Assembly: GCA_041499475.1 (NCBI GenBank)
Contig: JBGQKI010000005.1
Location: forward strand, 17,709-81,708
Length of the DNA stretch: 64,000 nucleotides
Reading direction: 5' to 3'
Source of the DNA: Thermoplasmata archaeon
GTDB taxonomy: Archaea > Thermoplasmatota > DTKX01 > DATEUP01
Numbering within the stretch: the stretch's first letter is position 1; each line of letters starts with the position of its first letter. Of this stretch, positions 6,907 to 14,918 are shown in pieces. Both the position numbers and the translations under genes were made by a program. A model generated the notes under the pieces. It made no database searches. It was not told the origin of the DNA and saw nothing but the letters and a program-made list of their open reading frames with translations.

Positions 6907-8606
6907 TCCTCGCCACCCCCCGCCCGCTGGCGTGGCGGGGCGGGCGCCTGCTCGAGAGGAAGTGTGGCGTTGGCGCCGCGGGGCGCCCACGCGCCACCGC
7001 CCTTCGCCTTCAGCCAACGCACCGTGCCCTCCGTCCGCTTTTCGCGTTCTTGGGACCAGGCGAGGTCCGCCTCGTCGCGCGTGTCGGTGGACACAAGCAC
7101 CACCACGCGGCCCGCGCCCGTCCTGCCGGCGCCGCCGCGGCGCTGGACCGCGCGGATCTCCGAGGGCACCGCCTCATAGTAGACGACCAGATCGACGCCG
7201 GGGATGTGCAAGCCCTCCTCGCCGACGCTCGTGGCGATGATCACGCGCGGCTCGCCTTTCGAAAACCCTTCAAGCACTTGCGCTTGCCGCTCTGGCGTCA
7301 TCCCCTCGCCCCCCGCGTCCGCGCGTTGCCCGATGAAAACGCCGCAAGCAAGCCCCGGACCGAGCGGCGGGGCGCGGGAAAGAGCGGCCTCGAGGGCGCG
7401 CGCGCTGTCGCGGTACTGCGTGAACACAAGGGCGCGCGCACCTGGCTTCTCGCGGAAAAGCGACCGCAGCTGGACGACGACCGCCTCGACCTTTGGGTGG
7501 GAAGTGGACGCGAGGCCCCGAGCCATGCGACGCGCCTCAGCGATAGCCGAAAGACCGGAGAGCGCGCGTTCCGCGCGCGGAGCGTCCGCACCTTGCCCCA
7601 TCCGTTCGAGGTGCCCCGACAGGGGCGCCGCGCCCTGCGCCTCGAGAAGTTCGAGGGCGTGGACGAGGATGATGGCCTCAGCATGGACCTTGAGCAGCTC
7701 GAAGTAGGCGCCCCGGTCTTGCGGGCGCCTGCGGCGCAGCGCGTCTCCGGCGGCGAGCACCTCGCGCTTTGCAAGCAGCCGCGCGGGAGTGCGCGGCAAG
7801 AGTCCAGCGGCCGTAAGCGCGTCGGCCCGCGGCTGGAGCTCCTTGGCGAGGATCTCCTGGATGTGCCGCATGGGTCCGGTAAGTTCGACCTCGACAACCT
7901 CCACGTCCAGCGTCGAAACGTACGGCCGGACATCCGGGTCGTCGCGGGTGCGCGCATCGACGCGCCGCAATCCGAGCGCGTCCATGACGGCGCTCGCCCG
8001 CCTTCGGTCGGAGCCCGGCGACGCGGTGAGCGCAAGCACGAGCGCCCCTGGCCGGTCGCGGCGCAAAGCAGCTGCAACCTCCACATAGGCGTAGGCGCCC
8101 ACCGCACGGTGCGCCTCGTCCACGACGAGCAACGAACATCGCGCAAGGCCAAGCCGACCCGCTTCGATTTCGGCGCGCACCGTCTCGGGCGTCGAGACGA
8201 CAAGCCACGCCGTCCGCAGCGCTTCAGCCCTAGCCGCGCGCGCGGTGGAGCCGGTGACCAGCGCCACGCGGGCGCTCGCCTCGTCGGAAAAAACGGCGCG
8301 GAACCCTTCGAAGAGCTGGCGCGCGAGCGGGCGCGTGGGCGCAAGCACGAGCACAAAACCGCCCGCCTGGCGAAGCCGCTCGGCGGCGACCAGGTAGGCA
8401 ATCGCGGTCTTGCCAAGGCCTGTCGGCAGCACGATGAGCGTCGAGGCCGAGAGCGCTTCCCGCGCCATCGCGGCCTGGTACGCCCTCGCCTCGACGGTAA
8501 GCGGCCGAAGGAGCGGGTGGACCACAAATCCCGCGGCCTCCTCGAAGGCGTCGGGCGCAACCGGTTTCCGCGGGCCCCCCTTGAGTTGCGCCTGCCCCCC
8601 GCCCAT
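6903..8606 (-). CDS. hef: Hef/FANCM/Mph1-family SF2 helicase (helicase-only, no nuclease domain)
   Basis: N-terminus EARAYQAAMAREALSASTLIVLPTGLGKTAIAYLVAAERL (motif I). DEAH box in LLVVDEAHRAVGAYAY. SAT-like LALTASPGS. Motif VI QRRGGAGRTG. The layout matches the N-terminal helicase half of archaeal Hef, but the 567-aa product ends in a short low-complexity tail with no ERCC4 nuclease or HhH motifs. Confidence 0.85.
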   Translation of the reverse strand: MGGGQAQLKGGPRKPVAPDAFEEAAGFVVHPLLRPLTVEARAYQAAMAREALSASTLIVLPTGLGKTAIAYLVAAERLRQAGGFVLVLAPTRPLARQLFEGFRAVFSDEASARVALVTGSTARAARAEALRTAWLVVSTPETVRAEIEAGRLGLARCSLLVVDEAHRAVGAYAYVEVAAALRRDRPGALVLALTASPGSDRRRASAVMDALGLRRVDARTRDDPDVRPYVSTLDVEVVEVELTGPMRHIQEILAKELQPRADALTAAGLLPRTPARLLAKREVLAAGDALRRRRPQDRGAYFELLKVHAEAIILVHALELLEAQGAAPLSGHLERMGQGADAPRAERALSGLSAIAEARRMARGLASTSHPKVEAVVVQLRSLFREKPGARALVFTQYRDSARALEAALSRAPPLGPGLACGVFIGQRADAGGEGMTPERQAQVLEGFSKGEPRVIIATSVGEEGLHIPGVDLVVYYEAVPSEIRAVQRRGGAGRTGAGRVVVLVSTDTRDEADLAWSQEREKRTEGTVRWLKAKGGGAWAPRGANATLPLEQAPAPPRQRAGGGEE

Positions 8607-8681
8607 CCGAACCGAAGGGCCTGATTCTCCACGGCCCTAAAGCCGGTTGCGCCCGCTCGCGAGTCGTGCGGGAACCTTCAA

Positions 8682-10022
8682 GTGGGCCGCCCCTTCATCC
8701 CCCTTGGTACCGGGAGCCCCGTGGCAAAACCTCGCGTCGCCGGCGCCGAAGGCCCCCTGCAGAAGTACCGCGAACTTGCGCTGGGCGCCGTGTTCGGGCT
8801 CCTGCTTGCCGCGCTTGCAATCCTCTTCCAGGAGGTGCGCCTCCTCGGCAGCCTCAATGTCCGCGCGCTCTCGGTGGCGACCTTCTTTGCCGCCGGCCTC
8901 GCCTTCGGCGCCATCCTCTGGGCCGGCTCCCGCCGCGAGACCGAGAGCCGCCGCGTGCAGACCGCCATCGCGTCGGTGAACACCGGCGGCGTGGTGGTCG
9001 ACGACAAGGACGGCGCAATCGTGTTCGCAAACGCCAAGTTCGCCGAGATGACCGGCGTCTCGCGCTCCGAGATCCTCGGCAAGATCTTCGCGGATGTGAT
9101 CGCGCCCGAGTCGCGCCAGCTTGCCGACGCGGAGTTCGTCCGCCGCAGGCTCGGCGCGTCCTCCGTCTATGAGACCACGCTGCGCCGCGCCGACGGCGGC
9201 GACCTCACCGTCCTCGTCTCGGCCCAGAGCCTCATGGACGGCGACAAGTACCTCGGCTCCGCGGCGTTCGTCCTCGACATCACCGCGCGCAAGCGATCCG
9301 AGCGCGAGGTCGAGCAGGCCAAGGAACTCGCCGAATTCTTCCTCGACCTCATCACGCACGACATTTCGAACGTCAACCAGGGCGTGCGGGGCTACGCGGA
9401 ACTGCTCAACTCCGTCCCGGACATGCCGGTCAACCAGCGCAAGGCCTACATCACCAAGATCCTCGGCCAGATCGACCGCGCCAACGCCCTCATCTCCAAC
9501 ATCAAGAAAATCTCTGAGCTGCGCTGGGCGTGGCGCGAGGCACCCACCGGCTCGATCGACGTCGAGGAATCGATCCGCCAGGCCATCGCCATGTCGATGT
9601 CTTCGTTTGCAAACCGCCACGTCGAGGTCTCGTTCCACAACGAGGCCGGCAGGCTCGAGGCGCGCGGCGACTACCTCGCAACCGAACTCTTCTACAACCT
9701 CCTCCACAACGCCATCAAGTATACCCCGGGCCAGAACGCCGAGGTCGATGTCCATGTGGCGCGCTCCGACCGCAGTGCGGCGGTCGTCGTGCGCGTGATC
9801 GACCACGGGCCCGGCATCCCCGACTACGCCAAGTCCTCTCTCTTCGACCGGATGAGCCCCGCCCGCGGCGAGCGGGCGCCTTCGGGGTACCACTCCGGCA
9901 CCGGGCTCACCCTCGTCCGCCTCATCTCCGACCGCTTCGGCTGGCGCGTGTGGGTCGAGGACAGCGTCCGGGGCGACCACGCCAAGGGCGCCGCCTTCTG
10001 CGTTGAAGTGCCTGCGGACTGA
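8682..10022 (+). CDS. Membrane-bound PAS-domain sensor histidine kinase
   Basis: Two N-terminal hydrophobic helices (LALGAVFGLLLAALAILF; VATFFAAGLAFGAILWAG). PAS-like block VVVDDKDGAIVFANAKFAEMTGVSRSEILGK. H-box FFLDLITHDISNVNQGVRGYAELL. HATPase boxes LLHNAIKYT, DHGPGIP, GTGLTLV. Confidence 0.85.
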   Translation: MGRPFIPLGTGSPVAKPRVAGAEGPLQKYRELALGAVFGLLLAALAILFQEVRLLGSLNVRALSVATFFAAGLAFGAILWAGSRRETESRRVQTAIASVNTGGVVVDDKDGAIVFANAKFAEMTGVSRSEILGKIFADVIAPESRQLADAEFVRRRLGASSVYETTLRRADGGDLTVLVSAQSLMDGDKYLGSAAFVLDITARKRSEREVEQAKELAEFFLDLITHDISNVNQGVRGYAELLNSVPDMPVNQRKAYITKILGQIDRANALISNIKKISELRWAWREAPTGSIDVEESIRQAIAMSMSSFANRHVEVSFHNEAGRLEARGDYLATELFYNLLHNAIKYTPGQNAEVDVHVARSDRSAAVVVRVIDHGPGIPDYAKSSLFDRMSPARGERAPSGYHSGTGLTLVRLISDRFGWRVWVEDSVRGDHAKGAAFCVEVPAD

Positions 10023-10042
10023 TCGGCCCGAGGCCCCAGTGC

Positions 10043-10058
10043 AGAGAACCCTTAAATC
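10043..10058 (+). promoter_or_regulatory. BRE/TATA-like box for 10092..10622
   Basis: AGAGAACCCTTAAATC is centred about 38 nt upstream of ATG 10092. A GAGGAG Shine-Dalgarno-like element lies at 10080-10085. Confidence 0.4.
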
Positions 10059-10091
10059 GGCCGCCCTCTTGGGGCCCTTGAGGAGCCGCCC

Positions 10092-10622
10092 ATGCCGCTC
10101 GACGATGAGGTACTCAGCGTCCTGCAGTCCGACCCCTCGCGCGAGTGGAGGCCCAAGGATGTGCACCACTCGTTTGCCGGCAAGACGCTCGTCCAGATTC
10201 AGTACGCGCTGAAGAAGCTCGTCGAAGCCGGGTCGATCTCCAAGCGCACAGTCGGTCGCGGAGTGCTCTACCGGGTCGTCGAGGAGTCGCGCCTGCCCAC
10301 GGGGATGCGCGCCTGCCCTGCCTGCTCCGGCCGCGGGACGATCCCCGTGGACCAGCTGCCGGCAGAGCGGGCCAAGCGCAAGGCGGCCTCCGACCTCCTC
10401 AAAGGCCCGCGCGAGGGGGACGGGGAGGCGCCGCTCGACCCCGCCGACCTGGTGCCGCTCGAAGTCCTGTCAGTCGAATTCGTCAACGCGGAGGTCCACG
10501 GCGAAGGGGTGTGCCAGCGCTGCAGCCGCACTTCGTACTTCACGCGCATTACCGAGGACGGGCGCGTCCTGTTTTGCTGCTCGCGCGGGCACCAGATGCT
10601 CGCGCCGGCCGCCGCCGTTTGA
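10092..10622 (+). CDS. Single winged-helix-like + zinc-ribbon-like protein (short paralog of 4968..6107)
   Basis: DEVLSVLQSDPSREWRPKDVHHSFAGKTLVQIQYALKKLVEAGSISKRTVGRGVLYRV carries the same REWRPKD...YALKKL...GRG..Y signature. It is followed by CPACSGRG...CQRCSRTSYF...FCCSRGH, collinear with the C-terminus of the 4968..6107 protein. Confidence 0.75.
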   Translation: MPLDDEVLSVLQSDPSREWRPKDVHHSFAGKTLVQIQYALKKLVEAGSISKRTVGRGVLYRVVEESRLPTGMRACPACSGRGTIPVDQLPAERAKRKAASDLLKGPREGDGEAPLDPADLVPLEVLSVEFVNAEVHGEGVCQRCSRTSYFTRITEDGRVLFCCSRGHQMLAPAAAV

Positions 10623-11408
10623 GTCGCGCGGCTCGAAGTTCATCGCCCGCGTGAAGCGCACGCCCTCGTCCTTACATGCCGCCTCGAGTGCTTCGACGAG
10701 GGCCCGTGCCCGGGATTGGCGCTGCGCCGTCCCGACGAGGCTCGTGCCGTCGATGATCGCCGCAAGCGCGCCCGGCCGCGGGTGCATCAGGTCTGCCATC
10801 ACCCCCGCCGCGCCGGCCGAGGCGGCCGCCTTGGCAATCGCGCGCAGGGCGTCTGGCTCGCCGTCGGGCAGCAGCGGCCCGGCAAACACGTACGCCCGAA
10901 CGCCGGCCTGTGCGACCGCCCGCAGCGCCTCGAATCGCGCCGCGATCGGCGGGCACGAAGGCTCCCAACGCTTGCGCTCCGCCTCGCTGCCCGTCGCAAT
11001 CGAGAACCCCACTTCGGCCCCCGGAATCTTCTGGAGCAGGTCGATGTCGCGGGTGACGAGCGGCGACTTGGTGAGCACCGAAACCGGCCAGCCGGCCCTT
11101 GCGATGACCTCCAGGCAGCGCCGGGTCACCTCGAGCTTCTTCTCGGCCGGCTGGTAGGCGTCGGTGACCGTCGACATCCCGATCACGCCGCGCTTCTTGC
11201 GCCGCAGTTCCTTGGCGAGCAAGGTGGGAATCGCCCGCTTTACGAAAATCGTTTCAGCCCAGGTCGAGCGCTCGATGCGCACCACATCGGGCGCGTAACA
11301 GTAGAGGCAGTCGAACGCGCAGCCGCGGTAAGGGTTGAGCGCCCAATCATAGCCCGCGAGCAACGAGGGCGCAAGCGCCTGGCTGACGGGAATCTCGACG
11401 ACGCCCAA
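10470..11408 (-). CDS. Radical SAM protein, COG1533/SplB-like (DNA repair photolyase family)
   Basis: NPYRGCAFDCLYCYAP is the CxxxCxxC radical-SAM cluster motif, in the context typical of SplB-like proteins. The track start (TTG 11546) overlaps the upstream membrane gene by 62 nt. TTG 11408 is the first start beyond it, but the start remains uncertain. The 3' end overlaps 10092..10622 convergently by 153 nt. Confidence 0.7.
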   Translation of the reverse strand: MGVVEIPVSQALAPSLLAGYDWALNPYRGCAFDCLYCYAPDVVRIERSTWAETIFVKRAIPTLLAKELRRKKRGVIGMSTVTDAYQPAEKKLEVTRRCLEVIARAGWPVSVLTKSPLVTRDIDLLQKIPGAEVGFSIATGSEAERKRWEPSCPPIAARFEALRAVAQAGVRAYVFAGPLLPDGEPDALRAIAKAAASAGAAGVMADLMHPRPGALAAIIDGTSLVGTAQRQSRARALVEALEAACKDEGVRFTRAMNFEPRDSNGGGRREHLVPARAAKQDAPVLGNAREVRSAAAALAHPFAVDLRVDEFD

Positions 11409-11484
11409 ACAAGGCGTCCTGCGAACCTTGCGGCTTAAGGCTTTGGGGGGGCGGGGCGAATGGGCCCTGCGCCACACCTTCCCC

Positions 11485-12081
11485 TCAGCTGGCGAACGAC
11501 GGCTTGGCCTGGATGTGCAGGACGAGCCCGATGATGGCAAGCACAAGCCCGATGGGGCCGATCAGGAGCATGCCCGGGAACGAACTGCCGATCAACGCCA
11601 TCACCGCGCCGATCGTGCCGGTCGCGTGGTTCTTGCGGCTGAAGTCCGAAGCCATCGCAATTGCCGAACCGATCACTCCGATCAGGGGGAAAATGGCCAT
11701 GACCGCCACGATGGCGCCGATACCGAACCCGCCCAACCCGCCGAAGATGGACCCCAGGGCCAGGAAGGCGATCAGGTAGAGCACGTCGCGGACGAGGCAA
11801 AGGATCCACAAAACCCCGGCGATCGACGAGGAAGTCGCATCGACCGGGGGCGCATAGGCCACCGGATAGTACGGTTGGCCGTAGTACGCCGGCGGAGCGC
11901 CGTACTGGGGCTGAGGGACGTATTGGGGCTGGGCAGGGTAGGCGTACTGCGGAGCCGGCTGGGCCGGCTGCGGGTAGGCGGTCGGGTCGTAGGTCTGCGC
12001 TTGCTGCGTCGCATACGGGTTTGGATTGGGGGACACGATGTTTTCCCTGCCACCGGCCAACGGAACTTTCCGCCTTATCAA
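11485..12081 (-). CDS. Small polytopic membrane protein with Pro/Gln/Tyr-rich N-terminus (paralog of 14435..14881)
   Basis: The N-terminal ~60 aa are low complexity (PNPYATQQAQTYDPTAYPQPAQPAPQYAYPAQPQYVPQPQYGAPPAYYGQPYYP). About 4 hydrophobic helices follow. IAGVLWIL...GGLGGFG...DFSRK...GAVMALIG aligns position-for-position with IAGVLYIL...SGLGGLG...CFMRK...GGVLALVG of 14435..14881. The start is TTG 12081 (4-nt overlap with the Nre stop) or GTG 12036. Confidence 0.6.
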   Translation of the reverse strand: MIRRKVPLAGGRENIVSPNPNPYATQQAQTYDPTAYPQPAQPAPQYAYPAQPQYVPQPQYGAPPAYYGQPYYPVAYAPPVDATSSSIAGVLWILCLVRDVLYLIAFLALGSIFGGLGGFGIGAIVAVMAIFPLIGVIGSAIAMASDFSRKNHATGTIGAVMALIGSSFPGMLLIGPIGLVLAIIGLVLHIQAKPSFAS

Positions 12082-13415
12082 TTTGACCCCGAAGGAGGGC
12101 TCGATCCCTGCGCACGCAAGCCGAACGCGTCCAGGCGCCGCTGGACCCTAAAGTCGGTGAGGATGCGGCTCTCTTTCATCCACCGCGCGACGGGGATCGC
12201 CATCACTTCCCCGACGCGCCGGAGGGCCGCCTCGACCGAGTCGAACTTGCGGGGCGGCGTCTTCAAGGCGCGGCGGACGTGCTCCCGGACATTCCAAACG
12301 CCGACCGGCAGCACGTAGCCGGGGTGCGTCTCGCGCAGGATCACCACGCCGGCCTGGCGGCGCTCCGCGGTGAGCAGCTCGTTTGCCGAGAGGCGCGCGG
12401 CATAGTAGCAGCCACCGATGGACGCGTAGGTTTTGCGCCCCGCAAAGAACTCCGCGTCGCCCATGACCGCGACCTCCGCCCCGAACGGGTTCCAGGTGGT
12501 TTCGGGGTACCATGCTTCGATGAGCTCGTAGCGCCACGAGGTCGGGAGCATCATGATTACCCACCGCGTGTCGAGGTCGTAAGTCTCGTAAATCCGGTAC
12601 TCATCGATCGTGGGCGCCTGCCGGGTCCGCTCCATCAGGCGCTCGCCGAGCATCGAATCCACGGCGGTGATCGACCAGCGCGTGGGGACGAAACGCCTCC
12701 GCCTGTGGTCTCCGAACGCCCCGACCGAGAAGGCCCGCTGCAGCTGCGACACCAGGGTGCCGTCACGGTAGAGCTCGCCAACCGCCTCTCGTGCAGGGGC
12801 GTCGGTGTCGTTGAATTTCTTCTCGAGCCGCCGGTCGAGCGGGACATTCTCGAGGTCGAAGGCCACGAGCGGCGCCGATGGGCCGAACGGCTGGACCTCG
12901 TCGTCGAGCACGACGCGCCCCGTTGGGCGCTTGCGGAACGCCGCGTCGACCACCGCCGGCCTCGACACCAGGGCGAGTTCTCGTGTGCGTTCGACAACTT
13001 TGTCGCGCGATTCGACGTCGTAAACGTTCACGTAGTGCATCCCACGGACGAGCTGCGAGCGGAACTCCACGATCTCGCTGATCGTGCGGCCCCCCCACAT
13101 CTCCGGGGTGTCGAGGATCGCCGTGTCGCCCACCACAGGGGGGACAAGCGGCCCGATCGCCACCTTGGGGTATCCGCTGCGGCCGACGAACACGGAGGGC
13201 GGCGAGGACCCCTCGATTTCTAACCTGCCGCCGATCAGCGAGGTCGTTTTCATTGCGGCATAAGCGCGCATGATCACGGGGCACGCCGGCTTGCCGCAAA
13301 GGAGCTTGGCTCCCCGGCACTGGATGCAGAGTTCCGCCGGGATCCCCGGCGGCGCCATGAACAGGTCGGATGGGATGGGTCCCGAAGGCGCAAACTCGGG
13401 GTCAAAGAGCGCCAC
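12078..13415 (-). CDS. nreA: Nre-family (DUF650/DUF651-type) archaeal DNA-repair protein, putative
   Basis: 445-aa ORF with N-terminal Cys cluster CIQCRGAKLLCGKPACP. The size and this motif resemble archaeal Nre proteins as I recall them. The CDS is confident; the family call is moderate. Confidence 0.55.
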   Translation of the reverse strand: MALFDPEFAPSGPIPSDLFMAPPGIPAELCIQCRGAKLLCGKPACPVIMRAYAAMKTTSLIGGRLEIEGSSPPSVFVGRSGYPKVAIGPLVPPVVGDTAILDTPEMWGGRTISEIVEFRSQLVRGMHYVNVYDVESRDKVVERTRELALVSRPAVVDAAFRKRPTGRVVLDDEVQPFGPSAPLVAFDLENVPLDRRLEKKFNDTDAPAREAVGELYRDGTLVSQLQRAFSVGAFGDHRRRRFVPTRWSITAVDSMLGERLMERTRQAPTIDEYRIYETYDLDTRWVIMMLPTSWRYELIEAWYPETTWNPFGAEVAVMGDAEFFAGRKTYASIGGCYYAARLSANELLTAERRQAGVVILRETHPGYVLPVGVWNVREHVRRALKTPPRKFDSVEAALRRVGEVMAIPVARWMKESRILTDFRVQRRLDAFGLRAQGSSPPSGSN

Positions 13416-13546
13416 GGCCGCTTTGACCCAGGGTGGGCAGATAAGGCTTGCAGGGGGTGGGTCGAAGGGCCCGTTTCCAATGATTTGGAGGACGCTCGCA
13501 ATCCAAGGCTACGGGGCGGGGCATCATTCGGGGCAACACACTCGTG

Positions 13547-13577
13547 CTGGCGAATGGAAAAAGAACGCCGGGGGTTC
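13547..13577 (-). terminator. Hairpin + T-run terminator after 13620..14222
   Basis: 8-bp stem CGCCGGGG / CCCCGGCG (13557-13564 / 13570-13577) with a 5-nt loop. On the minus strand it is followed by TTCTTTTTCC (13547-13556). It lies about 45 nt downstream of the stop. Confidence 0.55.
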
Positions 13578-13619
13578 GCCCCGGCGGAAGAAAGACGACC
13601 TGGGTTTGCGCTATTGGCT

Positions 13620-14222
13620 CTACATCCCCGGCGCGGCTGGTGCCGACGGCGCGGCAGCGGCCTTCAAGGCCTTCATGCCCATCATTCCGCCGACGATCAG
13701 CAGCAGGCCACCGATGAGTGAGAGCCACACACCTAGGCCTGCTCCCACCGTCACGCTCGCACCGCCCCCCGTTGTTGAGGCAAACAGCGGCGATGCCTGC
13801 ATGTACCAAAGCAAGGCCAGCAGGACGACCAAAATCCCCATCACCATGGCTACCATGGCCATCATCGGCTTCTTGAGGACCATCATGACCAGCCCGATGA
13901 TCCCGAACAGGAGAATCAGAATCGGAGCGATTCCGACCAAGAGCGGAACGCCGGCCGTGCCGTATTGGGCGGCGAGTCCCGAGATGCCGACTCCGCTGAA
14001 CCCTACGCAAATGTTTATTGAAGCAACGCCCGCGCAGACATTGATCCACGGAAGAAACGTTCCCACAAGCGCAAGCAAGCCGCCGACTATTCCTAGCATC
14101 ATCGGCATCTTGTATTTGCTCATGTCCGGCCCAGCCGCCGCCGGCATTGGCATCGGCATCGGCATTCCACCAGCCCCCATCGGGGCCCCCATCGGAGTTC
14201 CCATGTTTGTGTCCACCACCAC
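13620..14222 (-). CDS. Small polytopic membrane protein with Met/Pro/Gly-rich N-terminus
   Basis: N-terminus VVVDTNMGTPMGAPMGAGGMPMPMPMPAAAGPDMSKYKMPMM, then about 5 hydrophobic helices and an Ala/Pro tail. GTG start at 14222 (alternative ATG 14204). It has its own TATA-like box and terminator. Confidence 0.6.
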   Translation of the reverse strand: MVVDTNMGTPMGAPMGAGGMPMPMPMPAAAGPDMSKYKMPMMLGIVGGLLALVGTFLPWINVCAGVASINICVGFSGVGISGLAAQYGTAGVPLLVGIAPILILLFGIIGLVMMVLKKPMMAMVAMVMGILVVLLALLWYMQASPLFASTTGGGASVTVGAGLGVWLSLIGGLLLIVGGMMGMKALKAAAAPSAPAAPGM

Positions 14223-14261
14223 GAAGCGACTTTCGCCGCCCCTGCCGACATATTCCGCGAG

Positions 14262-14278
14262 TGAATATAAAAGAGTTC
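14262..14278 (-). promoter_or_regulatory. BRE/TATA-like box for 13620..14222
   Basis: The minus strand reads CGAACTCTTTTATATTCAC (TATA 14265-14272), centred about 46 nt upstream of GTG 14222. Confidence 0.4.
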
Positions 14279-14380
14279 GTCCAGCCGGGGCCGAATCGAT
14301 TCTGAGGCCAACGGCGTTTGCCGCGACCGCCTAATCGGCGCACGCCTGCCGGACCGCGCACGGCTCGCCGATGACGAATG

Positions 14381-14413
14381 GAAAATGAACACCGGGGCCC
14401 GCAGGCCCCGGTG
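14381..14413 (-). terminator. Hairpin + T-rich terminator after 14435..14881
   Basis: Perfect 10-bp stem CACCGGGGCC-CGCA-GGCCCCGGTG (14390-14413). On the minus strand it is followed by TTCATTTTC (14381-14389). The flanking sequence CGAATGGAAAA(T/A)GAAC(A/G)CCGGGG is shared with the 13547-13577 terminator. Confidence 0.55.
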
Positions 14414-14434
14414 TCCCCAAGGTACCCGCTCGAC

Positions 14435-14881
14435 CTACGCTGCGAACTCTTTCTTCGATAGCACCGTCAGGATGAACCCGATCAGGCCGAAGAGGAGGTG
14501 CAGGCCCACGAGCGCAAGGACCCCGCCGAGCACCGCGAGCATGAACTTCTTCCGCATGAAGCAGAAGATCGCTCCGAGAAGGCAGCCGATGACCCCGAGG
14601 GCTGCCAGGATCTCCATGATGCTGATGATGCCCGATGCAAGGCCGAAGGGCGCCCCCGTGTAGGCCCCCCCGAGCCCGCCCAAGCCACTGATTACCGATT
14701 GAGCGGCCATCAGGGCCGTGAGCCACCAGATGCCGATCAATAAGGCCAGGATGTACAGGACACCTGCTATCATCGGCTTGGCCGTATGTACAGGGCCCGG
14801 TGCCATCATTCCAGGCATCGGAGCGGTCATCATTCCAGGCTGAGGCTGAGGCATTTGCATTGGTGTCGCGATAAAACCCAC
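14435..14881 (-). CDS. Small polytopic membrane protein with Met/Pro-rich N-terminus (paralog of 11485..12081)
   Basis: N-terminus (M)GFIATPMQMPQPQPGMMTAPMPGMMAPGPVHTAKPM, then about 4 hydrophobic helices. GTG start at 14881. See the alignment noted for 11485..12081. Confidence 0.6.
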   Translation of the reverse strand: MGFIATPMQMPQPQPGMMTAPMPGMMAPGPVHTAKPMIAGVLYILALLIGIWWLTALMAAQSVISGLGGLGGAYTGAPFGLASGIISIMEILAALGVIGCLLGAIFCFMRKKFMLAVLGGVLALVGLHLLFGLIGFILTVLSKKEFAA

Positions 14882-14904
14882 CCAGGGGAAAAATGGGGAG
14901 TTGT

Positions 14905-14918
14905 CCTATAAGAATTGA
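14905..14918 (-). promoter_or_regulatory. TATA-like box for 14435..14881 (near-leaderless)
   Basis: The minus strand reads GCTCAATTCTTATAGGAC, centred about 29 nt upstream of GTG 14881. Confidence 0.4.

Noticed and set aside
13270-14361. Long overlapping ORFs (13270-14334 plus strand, 13402-14361 minus strand) across the small membrane gene.
   Set aside because: Both span a predicted terminator and promoter. They are low-complexity, and they are out of frame with the hydrophobic-helix frame (13620-14222) that has its own start, TATA-like box and terminator.
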